A stretch of 64,000 bases of DNA from positions 7,688,001-7,752,000 of the forward strand of contig OZ260662.1 in NCBI GenBank assembly GCA_965285935.1, written 5' to 3'. The notes beneath the pieces are model-generated. The model saw nothing but the letters and a program-made list of their open reading frames with translations, was not told the origin of the DNA and did no database searches. The position numbers were made by a program, and so were the translations under genes. The DNA comes from Ophelia neglecta. Taxonomy: Eukaryota. Of this stretch, positions 1 through 13,100 are shown in pieces (within the stretch, counting starts at the first letter, position 1; the number at the start of each line of letters is the position of its first letter).

Positions 1-599
1 GTTTAAGTTAATGTTTGGGTCTTACATCCCGGAGAACTGCTCTGGGAGAACTGGCCCGTTATTATCACCTCACATTCTATCGTTTGAGATTGATGGTAGG
101 TCGGCTTCAAATAGCGCCATAATGAAGACGTTATTCAGGCAAAAAGCGAGACATATTGTCGGCATAATACCGGTGGAGATCACAGAGTAATGATGACATA
201 TAGGCACATTAGTTGGCCATGTGGGTCGCCTGGACGCCAGCCAGCAGCTCTCGTCGTTTCACGTCGCTTCTCGGGGTGTTTGTTTACACTGTAATCCGGC
301 TAGACGCCGCCGCCTCATACATCACTAGGGCGATAATAGAGAAGGTTGACAGCAGCTGGATCGCACCTCTCGTCACCAGCAGGCGGATCAAAGACGCGGC
401 AAGGGCAGCCGCCGACATAGAATCTCGGGTCAGATCTCGCGACACGAGAGCTGGCGAGATGCCAACAGAGCTAGGTCGTCTGATGTAGCCTGCTTGGCTC
501 GGATCATGGGCTGCGCTGACTTGTAGGACACTAAACTGAGCGAATAGATGGAAACTAGAACATGGCAGAATTTTTCCATCTCAACTGACGGAAATAGGC

Positions 600-859
600 T
601 AATGTCGGGTTATAACGCGCACCGTTTAATCCCGCGCAAGTCCGCTAATGCCGCGCAGGAATTCGGCTAATCCCGCGCAGGAAGGCGGCTAACCCCGCGC
701 AGGAACACCGTCTAATACCGCGCAGCAAATATGGTTATTCCCCGCACACTATAAAGTATTCCGCATCTTTTTCGTTCCGCCCAGTAAGTAGCACATTATG
801 CGCGAAATAAGCCTACTTACTGCGCGGAGTTACACGGTGCGCGGAAATACCCGACATTA
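600..859. mobile_element. Non-autonomous DNA element (MITE) with ~39-bp imperfect TIRs
   Basis: Left TAATGTCGGGTTATAACGCGCACCGTTTAATCCCGCGCA versus reverse complement of right end TAATGTCGGGTATTTCCGCGCACCGTGTAACTCCGCGCA; internal TAA(T)CCCGCGCAG repeats. Confidence 0.75.
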
Positions 860-2294
860 CCGTAGATGTCTATCTAGTGTGGTTTACGGGTATATTAGTT
901 TAATAGTATGGGAAACCCGAATGTTGCAAAATCGGCAATAGCCTTTAAATTAATTGGTTATAAACATTTAAATAATGACTCATTAGGGTCTTTTTTATGT
1001 AACACACTGTTGATTACAATTAGTTTTATGATTAAAGAACAATATAAGATACAAACATGTGGCGCAATGGGCAAGACTGTCACATACAGTGGTTAAATCT
1101 ACCTATATCAACCCTTTCAACTCTGAATATCTGTAACTAAAGCGGTATCTGTCCTGCGTAGAGGGTCGTGGTGTTGAAAGAGTTAAGATAAATGGATGGC
1201 AGTGGACAATTTTTTTCATCTGGAACGGACCAAAAGTTCTGCCTCCATTTTGATAAATAGGTAAAGAGAATCCCACAAGGCCGGGAAGAAGCTGCTCGAA
1301 TAATCCGAATAGTGAAAACATTTATTATATGATATAAGTTATCGCTGCTCGCCAGGTGTTGGAATCCTATGTCAAAAACCGGAGTTTCTTGTTCACGTCC
1401 CGATAACGGGTTTTACAGTGCACCTCACCGGAGACGTTTGTCGGCGAATGACGACCGAAGGCTGGGAACGCCGACGAGGTGATTAATGGGAAAATAGTAA
1501 GATTGTGTAACGTGGTGATTGAACCGAGAATACAGACAGCTTGGGATGGCTTTGAAGTCTTCTCGAGGGCGTCTGACTAGGAGAGGTGTGTCTAAAGAAA
1601 ACTGAAGGCCCGTGATCAAAAACACTCCAAGCTAAATATGAAAAGGCGCTAACGACAACTGTAACTATTAAATAACAAATCACCAAAAAAAAACTGAAAT
1701 ATTTATTGCCGCATAATTTTATTTATTCATTCTATAATTAGGTTGTACCTCGGTATCATTAGAGGGAGATGATTACTCAAACCGCTAAGGCTGGGTTTTA
1801 AATCCAATTAACATTATGTCTTTTAACATATTGGATATATTGTCGAGATACTAACTAACTTGTTTCAACACACGGAGGTTTACAACTGGCAATAGGTGGT
1901 ATCAGTCCTGTGTAGACGGCCGGCATGAGCCTGATACACAGTCCTGTTTAAAGCAGAATCCTAGGACGCTCAATACAGAGATAGAGTTCTAGATATTCTT
2001 AGTGAAATGTATGCTAACCGTGTGTCCGCCTCAAGGAAATAGTGATATACTTTAATTGTTCAAAGTTATCCGGTAAAGTTCCCTTATCTAGGGATTGGAT
2101 GACCTATTGCATCCTTTGTTTTATATATATTTCATAACTAATAACATAATGCTTGACTCATGTATTAATAACCATATTGCACACTTTAATGTAATGTAAT
2201 GAATTGTATTCTTTTTAACTTGTATGTTCTATATCTCTTCACCAAATGAATGTATCAAATAAATAAATAAATAAATGGGCATTTGTACTGTATA

Positions 2295-3365
2295 CACGAC
2301 TGGCATTAGACATTGGTGTCAGTATTTTTGTAGACGACTGACATTTGACAGTGGTGTCAGTATTTTTATAGACGACTGGTATTAGACATTGGTGTCAGTA
2401 TTTTTGTAGACGACTGACATTAGAAGGGGTGTCAGTATTTTTGTAGACGACTGGCATTAGAAGGGATGTCAGTATTTTTGTAGACGACTGGCAGTAGACA
2501 GTGGTGTCAGTATTTTTGTACACGACTGGCATTTGACAGGGGTGTCAGTATTTTTGTACACGACTGGTATTAGACATTGGTGTCAGTATTTTTGTAGACG
2601 ACTGGCATTAGACAGGGGTGTCAGTATTTTTGTAGACGACTGGCATTAGAAGGGATGTCAGTATTTTTGTAGACGACTGGCAGTAGACAGTGGTGTCAGT
2701 ATTTTTGTACACGACTGGCATTTGACAGGGGTGTCAGTATTTTTGTACACGACTGGTATTAGACATTGGTGTCAGTATTTTTGTAGACGACTGGCATTAG
2801 ACAGGGGTGTCAGTATTTTTGTAGACGACTGACATTAGAAGGGGTGTCAGTATTTTTGTTGACGACTGACATTAGAAGGGGTGTCAGTATTTTTGTAGAC
2901 GACTGACATTAGAAGGGGTGTCAGTATATTTGTAGACGAGTGGCATTAGGCATTGGTGTCAGTATATTTGTAGACGACTGGCATTTGACAATGGTGTCAG
3001 GTTTTTTGTACACGACTGGCATTAGACATTGGTGTCAGTATTTTTGTAGACGACTGGCATTTGACAGTGGTGTCAGTATTTAGTAGACGACGGGGATTTG
3101 ACAGTGGTGTCAGTATTTTTGTAGACGACTGGCATTAGACAGGGGTGTCAGTATATTTGTAGACGACTGGCATTAGACAGGGGTGTCAGTATATTTGTAG
3201 ACGACTGGCATTAGACAGGGGTGTCAGTATATTTGTAGACGACTGGCATTAGACAGGGGTGTCAGTATATTTGTAGACGACTGGCATTAGACAGGGGTGT
3301 CAGTATATTTGTAGACGACTGGCATTAGGCATGGGTATGAGTTTTTGTGTAGACGACTGGGTATG
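2295..3365. repeat. 38-bp minisatellite, ~28 copies
   Basis: Unit AGACGACTGGCATTAGACAGGGGTGTCAGTATTTTTGT (37-38 bp). Confidence 0.97.
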
Positions 3366-3407
3366 AGTAATGCTGCTGACAATTTCGGAAAGTTTACATG
3401 TTGTATA

Positions 3408-3519
3408 CAGTGAAACCTGCCATAAGGACCACCTCTATAATCAGACCACCTGTCAATACAGACCACTTATAGAATGACCATACTGTGTACTTCAGTGCTA
3501 AATAACCTGTCTCAACAGA
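3408..3519 (+). mobile_element. Tc1/mariner(pogo)-type MITE, 3'-truncated copy
   Basis: TA+CAGTGAAACCTG terminus and internal AGACCACCT repeats shared with other copies in the window. Confidence 0.75.
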
Positions 3520-3594
3520 TTAAACTCTTATACAATTCTTTCACAACGAGTAAACTTTCGGTCTCTCTTTTACCTATAGAAATATATAAAAATA

Positions 3595-3760
3595 CAGTGA
3601 AATATGTGAATTGAGACCACCCAAGGGACTGTAAAATGTTGGTTTGATTATGGAGGTGGTCTGTGTAGACAGGTTATTTTACTTGGAAAATGCACAGTAG
3701 GGTCTTCTTAATTAACATGTGGTCTCAATAAAGAGGTGGTCTTTAAGAAAGGTTTCACTG
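3595..3760 (-). mobile_element. Tc1/pogo-type MITE
   Basis: TA-CAGTGAAA...GGTTTCACTG-TA; internal AGGTGGTCT repeats. Confidence 0.85.
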
Positions 3761-4933
3761 TAGTATATTATCTTTCCGACGCGATGTCATCGAAATTGGC
3801 AAACAATAAAATAACAGCTAAAAACTTTACGAATTCAGACAGTGCGGCAGTCAGCCTTGATCCTATTATATTGGTAACCGTCTACTAGGTTAGTAATAGG
3901 TTATTGTGTTAGTATTAAATACACTAACAACATTCCTTTAGTTTGTCTTAATTGTTTTCTGCTTGCTTGGCTGTGATTTATTTTCTTTGGAAGTCATAAT
4001 CTATCTGTATATTATTTGCTTTAAGCATGTCTTTGTTCATGTGGATTGTGAATTCTGACGGTGAATTGTGCCGTCGATAAGAGAGACAGATTACAGGATT
4101 TTTAAACACAATGGATGACTCGACAATAGAGAATAGTTATAACTATAAAGTTAACTTGCCTAGACTCCTTGTAATAAGTACAGGTGTGTTGTCAAAAGTC
4201 ATAATGGCTCCTGTTACAGCCAGTATTTACAAAATATCATACAACAGAAATTGTAGTTATTCGAGAACTTGAACAATAGTCATCTATCAACTGTCAATGC
4301 CATTACACTGTATTGATAGTCCCTGCCATCTAAAACTCATCGACCTACAAATCACTCAACTTAAAGGACCTGACGATTACTATAAGACAATACGTTAGAG
4401 AAGTAAACCACATGACCAGAGCTCGGTGAACTCTATAAAAACACTCTAACTACAAAGTCCTCACAAGTCTCCATTTATTACTTTGAGGAGCTCACCTAAT
4501 TTACAAAGCAATAAGAAAGCAAGCAGCAAAAATAGAACTCTTTGTGTGCATATTTTCCAAAGGTTCGTGTCTCTGACTAACAATGCAGAGTTTATAGACA
4601 ACTAGATATCCACAAACTATAGATTTTCTGAAAGGGCAGAACCTCAACAATGATATAAAACAAAGCAGCAGTGTAATAGAGGCTGATATGGTGTTAGGGG
4701 GCTCTTTTTATACAGAATACTAGGTAAAATATAGAGCCGATTTTAGGGGCCTTTGGCAATTTATCTTCATAAAAATTAGGGCTGATTTTAGAGGCCTTTG
4801 GCACTCTAAGTGTTGAACAAAAGTTGTGTACCTACTTCTGTAGAAACTTTGACCAACAATGAAGTTACAGTCAAAAAATAGTATCTGCTATATCTTGGAA
4901 AAGGATATGATAAAATGCAGAAATACCTAAAGC

Positions 4934-5251
4934 AAATGACTGGCCCATAGCATTGAAATGACTAGCTCATAGCATTGAAATGACTAGCCCATAGCATTGA
5001 AATGACTAGCCCATAGCATTGAAATAACTAGCTTATAGCCTTGAAATGACTAACTCATAGCATTGAAATTACTAGCCCATAGCATTGAAATAACTAGCCC
5101 ATAGCATTGAAGTGACAAGCCCATAGCATTGAAATGACTAGCCCATAGCATTGAAATGACTAGCCCATAGCATTGAAAAAGCATTAAAATGACTAGCCCA
5201 TAGCATTAAAATGACTAGCCTATAGCATTGAAATGACTAGCCCGTAGCATT
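4934..5251. repeat. 22-bp minisatellite, ~14 copies
   Basis: Unit GAAATGACTAGCCCATAGCATT. Confidence 0.96.
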
Positions 5252-5826
5252 CAGTTTAACTGCGGCCTTGTAGACAACTTCTACTGCTGACACACGGTTC
5301 TTTTACGGTACCTACTCTTAAAGACTTGCAGCTCATATCCCAAATCCGAATGCTCACCTAGTTTCACTGGTGGACTTTTAATATCCTCACTTTCACACCA
5401 GATTTAGTAACCTCATCACATCAAGGCCTTAGTTATACAACAGTCACATCGGTGGTAAGTTTATTTTGTTTTTTCAACATATCATATCTCAACAAGGAGG
5501 CGAATAATGTACTAAATACCATCACATATATAGGCAGATCTCCGGTATTACAAGGCGAATTTCGGGGCCTGCAATACAAACTGACAGCTTCTTCTTAACT
5601 GCACAAAATGTTTTCTCTAAAATCTACACATTAGAGTAGCCTATCAGTAGATACGAAAACCACCTCTCACTCTTCTTATAAATAAATATTAGATTACTAT
5701 AGCCTTAGTCCCTTTCCTTTTTATCTTAAGTCACAGTTGTTCTTTGTCGCCTCTCTTCCTCTTTCTGTCCTTAATTTCTCCTCTTTGTCTTCTAAAAATA
5801 TCCCAATTTAACCCACTTCTTTCGCC

Positions 5827-5954
5827 NNNNNNNNNNNNNNNNNNNNNNNNNNNNNNNNNNNNNNNNNNNNNNNNNNNNNNNNNNNNNNNNNNNNNNNNNN
5901 NNNNNNNNNNNNNNNNNNNNNNNNNNNNNNNNNNNNNNNNNNNNNNNNNNNNNN
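5827..5954. other. Assembly gap
   Basis: Run of N. Confidence 0.99.
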
Positions 5955-8517
5955 TCTCTAACGTTCGGTAGTTGGGAGTGGAGTGTACTGACAGCTGCTT
6001 TGATAAGCACACCGCGGTGAAGGCATGACTCTCAAGGCTAATCAATCATTTAATATGACAAAACGCTTGTGAAAAGATAACAATCACCAGCCTATAGACG
6101 TGACCTCCTTTTGAAGTCTCACCTCAAGTTCTAAGAGTTCAGGCCTCAATATGTTGACAGCCTGTGAACCATTCATTCCCTAGGGTTGACGTGCAGGAGC
6201 TTAGATAGGCCATGGCGCTGGATGGAGAAACGATGTCACTGAAAACTCAACATTCGATCAATCTTAAAAGAACTTCAGGGAAAAAACCCACAGAAATGAT
6301 GTGTGGAAAAGGTAATTGATCACGCTGAATATCTTAAATCTTTACATGATGCTAAAACGGTACTTTCCAATTAATAAACGACATGATAATCTATGGCGTT
6401 CCTTGTCGTCGTGGGCTTTGAGAAAGCCTTTGTAGTTTAGGAAATTACGAGAGAAGCGGAGAGGTGATGAACATTGGTAAGGTTTTTTTTATATTCAATG
6501 ACTGTTAAACAAGGAAAACATTTCGGTTAGCCTAAGCTACGAGGTGCTGGGTTGTAAATTTGTCGGTTACAAGGTTTTTACAACTTTGACCAGTTAATCA
6601 GGCGGCACTCCAAGGAATATCAGTTGCATACAATGTCTACAGATTTATACTCAGTCTGAGGAGCTTGAATGGCACTGTGCTGATCACCTACTCAATCTGT
6701 ACAAACAGATAACTATTCCAATACAGACACGCTGCATTTACTTCGTTTTGGGGACAATTTTCAACTTTAATTAAACTGGACAATACAGGTGATATCAAAG
6801 AACTTTACCAGAAATATGAAAGGACAAGGTTATCACTATCATTAAAAAGCAAAAGAGGGGTCGTCTAGTTCATTCTTTGTATTTTATAACCGACATATAA
6901 CATCCTAATTGCCTGTACTTTTGTCCGGTTTTTATGGAACTATTTTAATGAAACTTGTACAATTTGTTGCTCTATTTTAGATTCACCTAGATTTTCCTAT
7001 TACATGCTACACCTCTGTCCTATCTTGACCACAAACTCGTTTGATTGGTGTTTTAGTTGGCATCTTAGAAATCTGTTAACCACTTTTCATTGCAAGTTAT
7101 GTCAATTTTAATTTGTTATCATTATTTTCGTTACTAACTTATTTAGATTTGAGAAGTTGGTATTGATATTTGAGGGTCTGCAGCCGCCGGCCCTGATTTC
7201 AGGTTGATTTTATCGATTTTTCTTGACTGATGATTGTGTTTTGTCTGTCAAGTATCCACCCCCCTTATTTGGTATTTATTCAAAAATAGATTTTCCTCAT
7301 TTGTGAGTTACAGCGAATAACACACGTATTTGTCACTTAAATATGTCCAATTTAACCTCGTGCTACACCAGGCGAGCTAGTAACCAGATCGTCATTAGAC
7401 CATTACTGAGAATAGACTGATAGCAACGGGGGCTGGTTTCAAGAATAGCATTCCAAGACCCAATGAAAAATGTTCACATCTTCGGGCAGTTCTCAACGTA
7501 TATACTCGTGGTTACATATGTGACCATTTTTCACTGGCCCTTATCTAAATGTGCATATATTTATTAAAACAGAAACTTTGAAATAAACTTTGTGTATTTT
7601 ATTTGGTTGAATGTGCTAAGCATTATCTAGGCAAAATTGTTTTGATGTCAAATTCATAAAAATTTAGAGCTAGAAAATTAATTTGTGTACATGTGCCATT
7701 TTGATTCACTTGAAGTCTTATTGAATAAGGCTAAGACTCAAGTCGAGTTTGATTATTAAACGTGATAAAGGGTCAATAAATTATTGACAAGCTATAAATA
7801 AACGAATATTCAACCTATTGGTGTTTTGCTTGGTTTTCAAGTTATTCGTTAGGAAGCATTTTTCAAATATGCAGGGTTGTTTTAATTAAACAAATCTTGA
7901 CCGGGATACAAACACTGTCTCATCGAGATTTCTACCTGTAAATTGCAGTGAGTGGGGGCAAACATGGTCTTCAACACACTAAGTTTTAATGGCGATTATC
8001 ATTTGCAACAGTCAATAGCCTGGGCTTTGAATATGTAAGTATTGCCCTCAATAGACCATAACTTCTACAGCCCCTAAAGGATATCACTTATTTGCTTTAG
8101 TGGGGTTGGACTGGTCACATTACCGGATAGGATATTTAGATCGAATATGTGGTGGTCCTATTGAATAACATGTGCGTCATTGTAGGCTGCTAAAATAGTT
8201 TGTTAATCTTCAGCAATTCTAAATATGTTATGCAAATAGAGAGAGAGAGAGACAGACCCAGATCCCGTACTGGTCTTGTAATGAAAACAATGTTTTCCCG
8301 TCGTTTCCCACTTAATTTCATTTTCATCTTATGTTTGAATTGATTTAGTTATCATTTGGTTAAAGATCAAGCTAACGGTTATAAATACAGCATCCAAAGG
8401 AATATGAGAACACCCGAGCCATGTCAGTTTGTGCCAAGATCTTGAAAATAGATGGCCTTTGTCGGTTTGCAACAGGTAAATAGTTAGAACAATTATACCC
8501 TGTTGACGGAAAAGCGA

Positions 8518-8762
8518 AAACATTCTGCTCTGGTTCCCCGTAGACCCCCTGGAAAAAGCGACAACACACTGTGCCTTAGTTCCCGTAGACTCTCGTTTGT
8601 ATAGACAGAACATTTTGCCCTGGTTCTCCGTAGACCCCCTGGAAAAAATACAACACACTCTGCCTTGGTTCTCGTAAACTCTCGTTTGTATAGACCGAAC
8701 CTTCTGCCCTGGTTCCCAGAGGACCCCCGTGGGAATACCCTGAATATTCTGCCCTCGCCCCT
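8518..8762. repeat. ~90-bp imperfect tandem repeat (dimer of ~45-bp subunits)
   Basis: ACATT(C/T)TGC..TGGTTC.CCGTAGACCCCCTGGAAAAA at 8520 and 8610; third degenerate copy near 8700. Confidence 0.85.
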
Positions 8763-11700
8763 GGAGCCGTCAAATTCTCTGTGGGACCAGACCGAACTTA
8801 AAACAACGTATTTATTTAATTTTTAATTTTTTAATTTCACGAGAATTGTCGACAGCTGGTATCATGTGTTACTAAAGCCAAACACGTATGAGATTGTGTA
8901 CAGTATTGCCTGAACAATAAATGTTTCTCTATTATCAGGCCACGTGTCTAACAAACAACAGTTAGAAACGATTTTACGAATACAAATCACATAAATTTAT
9001 TCTACGTTTTCTATGTATTGCAAGTCTACTTATCCATTATTCATTTCTATATATAATTAAGAGTTGCTGGTAAAATGTACATTTGCCTTTCCGATAAAAC
9101 CTTTGCTGTGTTGCTGTAAGCCCATAGATTGAGGTTAACAATGATTCGCTTTAATTTTGTAGTTTACAGTCAATCAGCAAACTGTTTACATCGCAGCCAA
9201 ACTCGAGATAAATCTAAAGAAACAGGTATTTTGTACCAAGTCACTTGTGTATTTTTCAATCGACGGATTGAAAACGACCAGCCCACAAAAGTTTAAGCCA
9301 ATAGCCAGGCCGATAACTAAGCGGAGTTCTAGAGGTACTGACCAATTCGCATTGGAAAGGTTTCAGGCTTTTAGGTTAATTATAACCCTTAATTCCTTCT
9401 AACGGAGGAAACGATTTCCGGATTAGTATATAAAGAGGTTTGAAATATCTACACTCGGCTAATTTAAATAACTTTGTCAGGTCTATACGTATAATTATTA
9501 AGTATAAAATAGTAGAGATAGCAAGTGGAGATCACATTGTCAAAACGTGAGGTGAGAACTTGGATGAGTGCCTGGCCTCTGTAGGTTTCTACACTGCAGC
9601 TTGGCTCAGCAAAACGTTCAACACTCAATTAATCTTATAGCATTATTGTAAAATCAACAATTGAAGAGTTCCAACGAAAACTGGCTGGCCTCCAATGATT
9701 TGAGCAGGTTGATAACAAACAGGAAAAGATAAACAAGATATCATGTATAAAAAGAGTTTTAACTAAACATTATGATATAAATTGAAATGTTCAGGTTGAA
9801 TTGTTATAACCTCATTTAATGATTCAACCCCACATAATGTCATCATCTGATGATAAGACACCACATTATATCATCATCTGATGATAAAACAGTGTTCGAT
9901 GATGACAGACCATAGCTGAAGGTATACATCACTTTTGGCTTGTCTCAATTTACATAGTTGACTGGGCCTAGACGCTTATCTGGCCCAGTGCTCTGGGAGT
10001 TGTTAGAAATGCTCTTTATCTGGCATGTTGCATTCAAGTCAACATTTTACAATAGTGTGTACTTTGTAACCTCGGTTAAGTTTTATATTTTTCTAGCAGA
10101 GAACCCATCTAACGCCACCTGGAGGGCAATATATCAGTTACATCAGCCCTGTATTCAATTAGACAATAACGACTCGAACCAGAGTGACTGCGATGTGGTT
10201 TGACCCACAGTGACTCCGGTGTGGTTTGGACCAGAATATCTCTTCATGGTATCCTGCTCAGTCACTGATATATCGCTGTACTTCGGTAATCAGCTGACAA
10301 CACCGTGAAAGATATTAACCGAAACAGCCAACTGACTTTAATCACCATAGAGAGCTATGTTCACGGTCACCGAGTTTAACTTATCGGGAATTTCGGTTCT
10401 TTAGATGATATTGGCTCATTGTACTGAGTCGGCAGTCGCTCGGTACACATGAGGTGTTTATGTGACTGGTTCAGGGATCCTTGACACTGTAAACAAGATG
10501 ATATAGTTGGATTAAGACGAGTGACAGCTGCTAGATGAACACACCTCTTTCCAGTGTGCTCGGTGGCCCCAGGGGACGGGGCAGCTAGCGAGGACCTCCC
10601 GTCTGGTCGTCAGGGTAGCCTGCTCTGACCAATGACAGTCGAGGGCGGCTGACCCGTGACCAATGGGGTTTGATCCTGCACACCCACTGCGCAGGGGTCG
10701 CCTGGTCCCAGCATGTCACATCCGACGTCCCTGGCCGGCTGTCAGCTGTGCGCACACAATTCATTTTAAAGGTCCGTAAATCACGGGCGTCCCGCTACAA
10801 CAACAAGCCTGGTCTTTGATACAACGTAACTACGCAATACCAAAAATACCCACACCAGCCCGTGGCTGGCGAATAATACGTCCTGTCGGAGGCAGAAAGA
10901 CGCAAAAATACCACTAGCTGGCACACAAGAAACGTATCTTATATGGCTTATATCACCAGCTACTAGTGTGAGCTGGGAAAGAAATTAGCAAGCACGCTAA
11001 TTAAGTATGATTAAGTGTTTGTGTAATCTCAGATAAGAAAGGTTCTTGGGAAGCAAGAACTGTTTGGTTGATTTTATGTTAAAATATCAATGCGCCCGAG
11101 TTTAGGCTGTATGGCTGAGCAGGCAAGGTTAACACTCTGCCGACGGAGTCCCTCTACACAGCTGTACCATTCACACTGACACACTAACACACGCACTGAC
11201 TGACTGACCTGCTGGCGTGACACGCCAAGATCCTCACACACACCGACCGGAAGGGTAGGCAGATGTCTCCGGGCGACTGCAGGCGACCTCGTCACCTTCA
11301 AAGGTCACGCTCCACGCGGTAATCCATCACAGACTGGCCTGTGCCGCACGAGCACGGCCCGTTGGCAGCCATCTTGGTTCTCTTGCCGACCGCAGTGTGC
11401 TGCTCTACGCCGGGCCACTGCGCAACTCGTCTGCGCAACTTTCTGGTAGCCTGCCAGATTAATATAACACAATTGAAATAAGTCGTTTATTTCCACAAGT
11501 TCATGTTCAATTATTAAACCTCAACGAAAAAAAATCGGTTAATATCAGCTTGCCGTGAGTGAGAAATTACAGAGACGGGTAAAATTTAGAAGATATATTT
11601 TTGGCGAGGTTTCTACAAAAGGCACTCAGAAAATACACCACCAAAGTGACATGAATAATACGAAGAAATTGACGTTCTTATCTGTGCTTAACATCAGAAC

Positions 11701-13086
11701 CAGGCAATGATATCTTTACCAAGCTTCGTCTCGGTGATAAAAATATCGAAAAAACATAATGGCAGAGTTGACGGAAACACTTTCATTATAGATTTCTTTA
11801 CAATTTTAGCTCACTCTGAGCAAAGCTGTCGACTGACTGTCCCGTCGGCCATTGCAAGCGGCCATTTTACATTCTCTAATATACGTAGTCGGTTCTCCCG
11901 CACGGCGTGGTTGTTTGGGAGGGTTTCAAGCGGCTGCGCAGGGGGTTTGGGTGTACGTTGGGCCACTCCCGACCTGACTGCCTCAGGTTCCGTACTCTGA
12001 GATTCCGTATGGATGGCGGTGGGGAGCCACTTGTGTAAGACCGACGGAGGTCAACTCTTACCAAAGCCGTCAGGTGAAAACTGGGTATTAAGTACACAGT
12101 TCACCCAGCAAGGCTGGTCACTGACAAGGACATGGGGCTTTGACAAGGTCATCGACTCTGGGGACGCCCCCACCGGGCAGGAGATGCCTTTACACAATCC
12201 ATTGTACTCACCTACAAAGGTAAATATAGGCCGAGCCGTGTCAATTGGCTGGCTCGCCAACACTATACACAAACCATCAATTTGTAACAAGCAAAATTGT
12301 CAAACGCCTCCTTCTGCATTGTGTGTTTTCAGAAAAACGTCCAAGAACTTACCCGGGACTTTCCTACAATTGAGGACGATGTCCAAACCTCCTTGATCGA
12401 TGATCACCACTCAGATCGGCACTGACATTCAAATCAATTCTTCTGGAGTGTTTATGATAATTATGTTCTTATCGACAAACATTGGCACAAAGTGTGTATC
12501 CCATCAGAACTCGCTGAGCGATTAGTTCGGAATGTACAAATGATGTAATGTCCTTCGCTATTTATTCATAATAAAGTGGATGCCTGCTTGCTATATGTCT
12601 GCTTACATCACGAATAATACGTCTATATATATATTTATATATTTATATATAATATTCAGTAATTTCGCAGACGGACCTAACTATAACTGTGGTTGAATTC
12701 CACTCGTAGCTAGTTCTATTCAGAGAAGGCCCCATGCCACTCAGTGATATTCTCGGCTCACCCTTGTTTTTGTGCGTTCATTTAGTATTGCAGGTTATTT
12801 GTGGTGCTTGGAAATTACAGCCCACGTGCTTTGCCGCCATCACGGGTTTTGGATCAATCGTATTTTGGGTATTTTGCCAAAGCAGACGACCTAAAATGTT
12901 ATCACGTGTAGCTGACGATTGACCCGCTTGCCGGGTATAGCTTACCAGTTTACTGGTAAACGAGGCTATATAAATAACGACACCACTCCGTGATAGGCCG
13001 ACTGGAGACCGAAGCTCTCCAGGGGATGTGATGACAGCAGGGGGACTGAAACGGAGATAGGATTACAGCTGTAGTACTGTCAGCAT

Positions 13087-13100
13087 CCAGTAGGGGGCGC
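13087..13100 (+). promoter_or_regulatory. CTCF-consensus motif
   Basis: CCAGTAGGGGGCGC fits CCASYAGRKGGCRS; binding is not demonstrated. Confidence 0.45.

Noticed and set aside
2295-3365. CRISPR-like array (constant ~25 bp plus short variable part)
   Set aside because: The variable parts are point variants of one consensus, not unique spacers; no cas genes; eukaryotic context.
12246-12258. tRNA-Arg-type PBS TGGCGAGCCAGCC (weaker match at 1342-1353)
   Set aside because: No adjacent LTR end or gag-like ORF that I can support.
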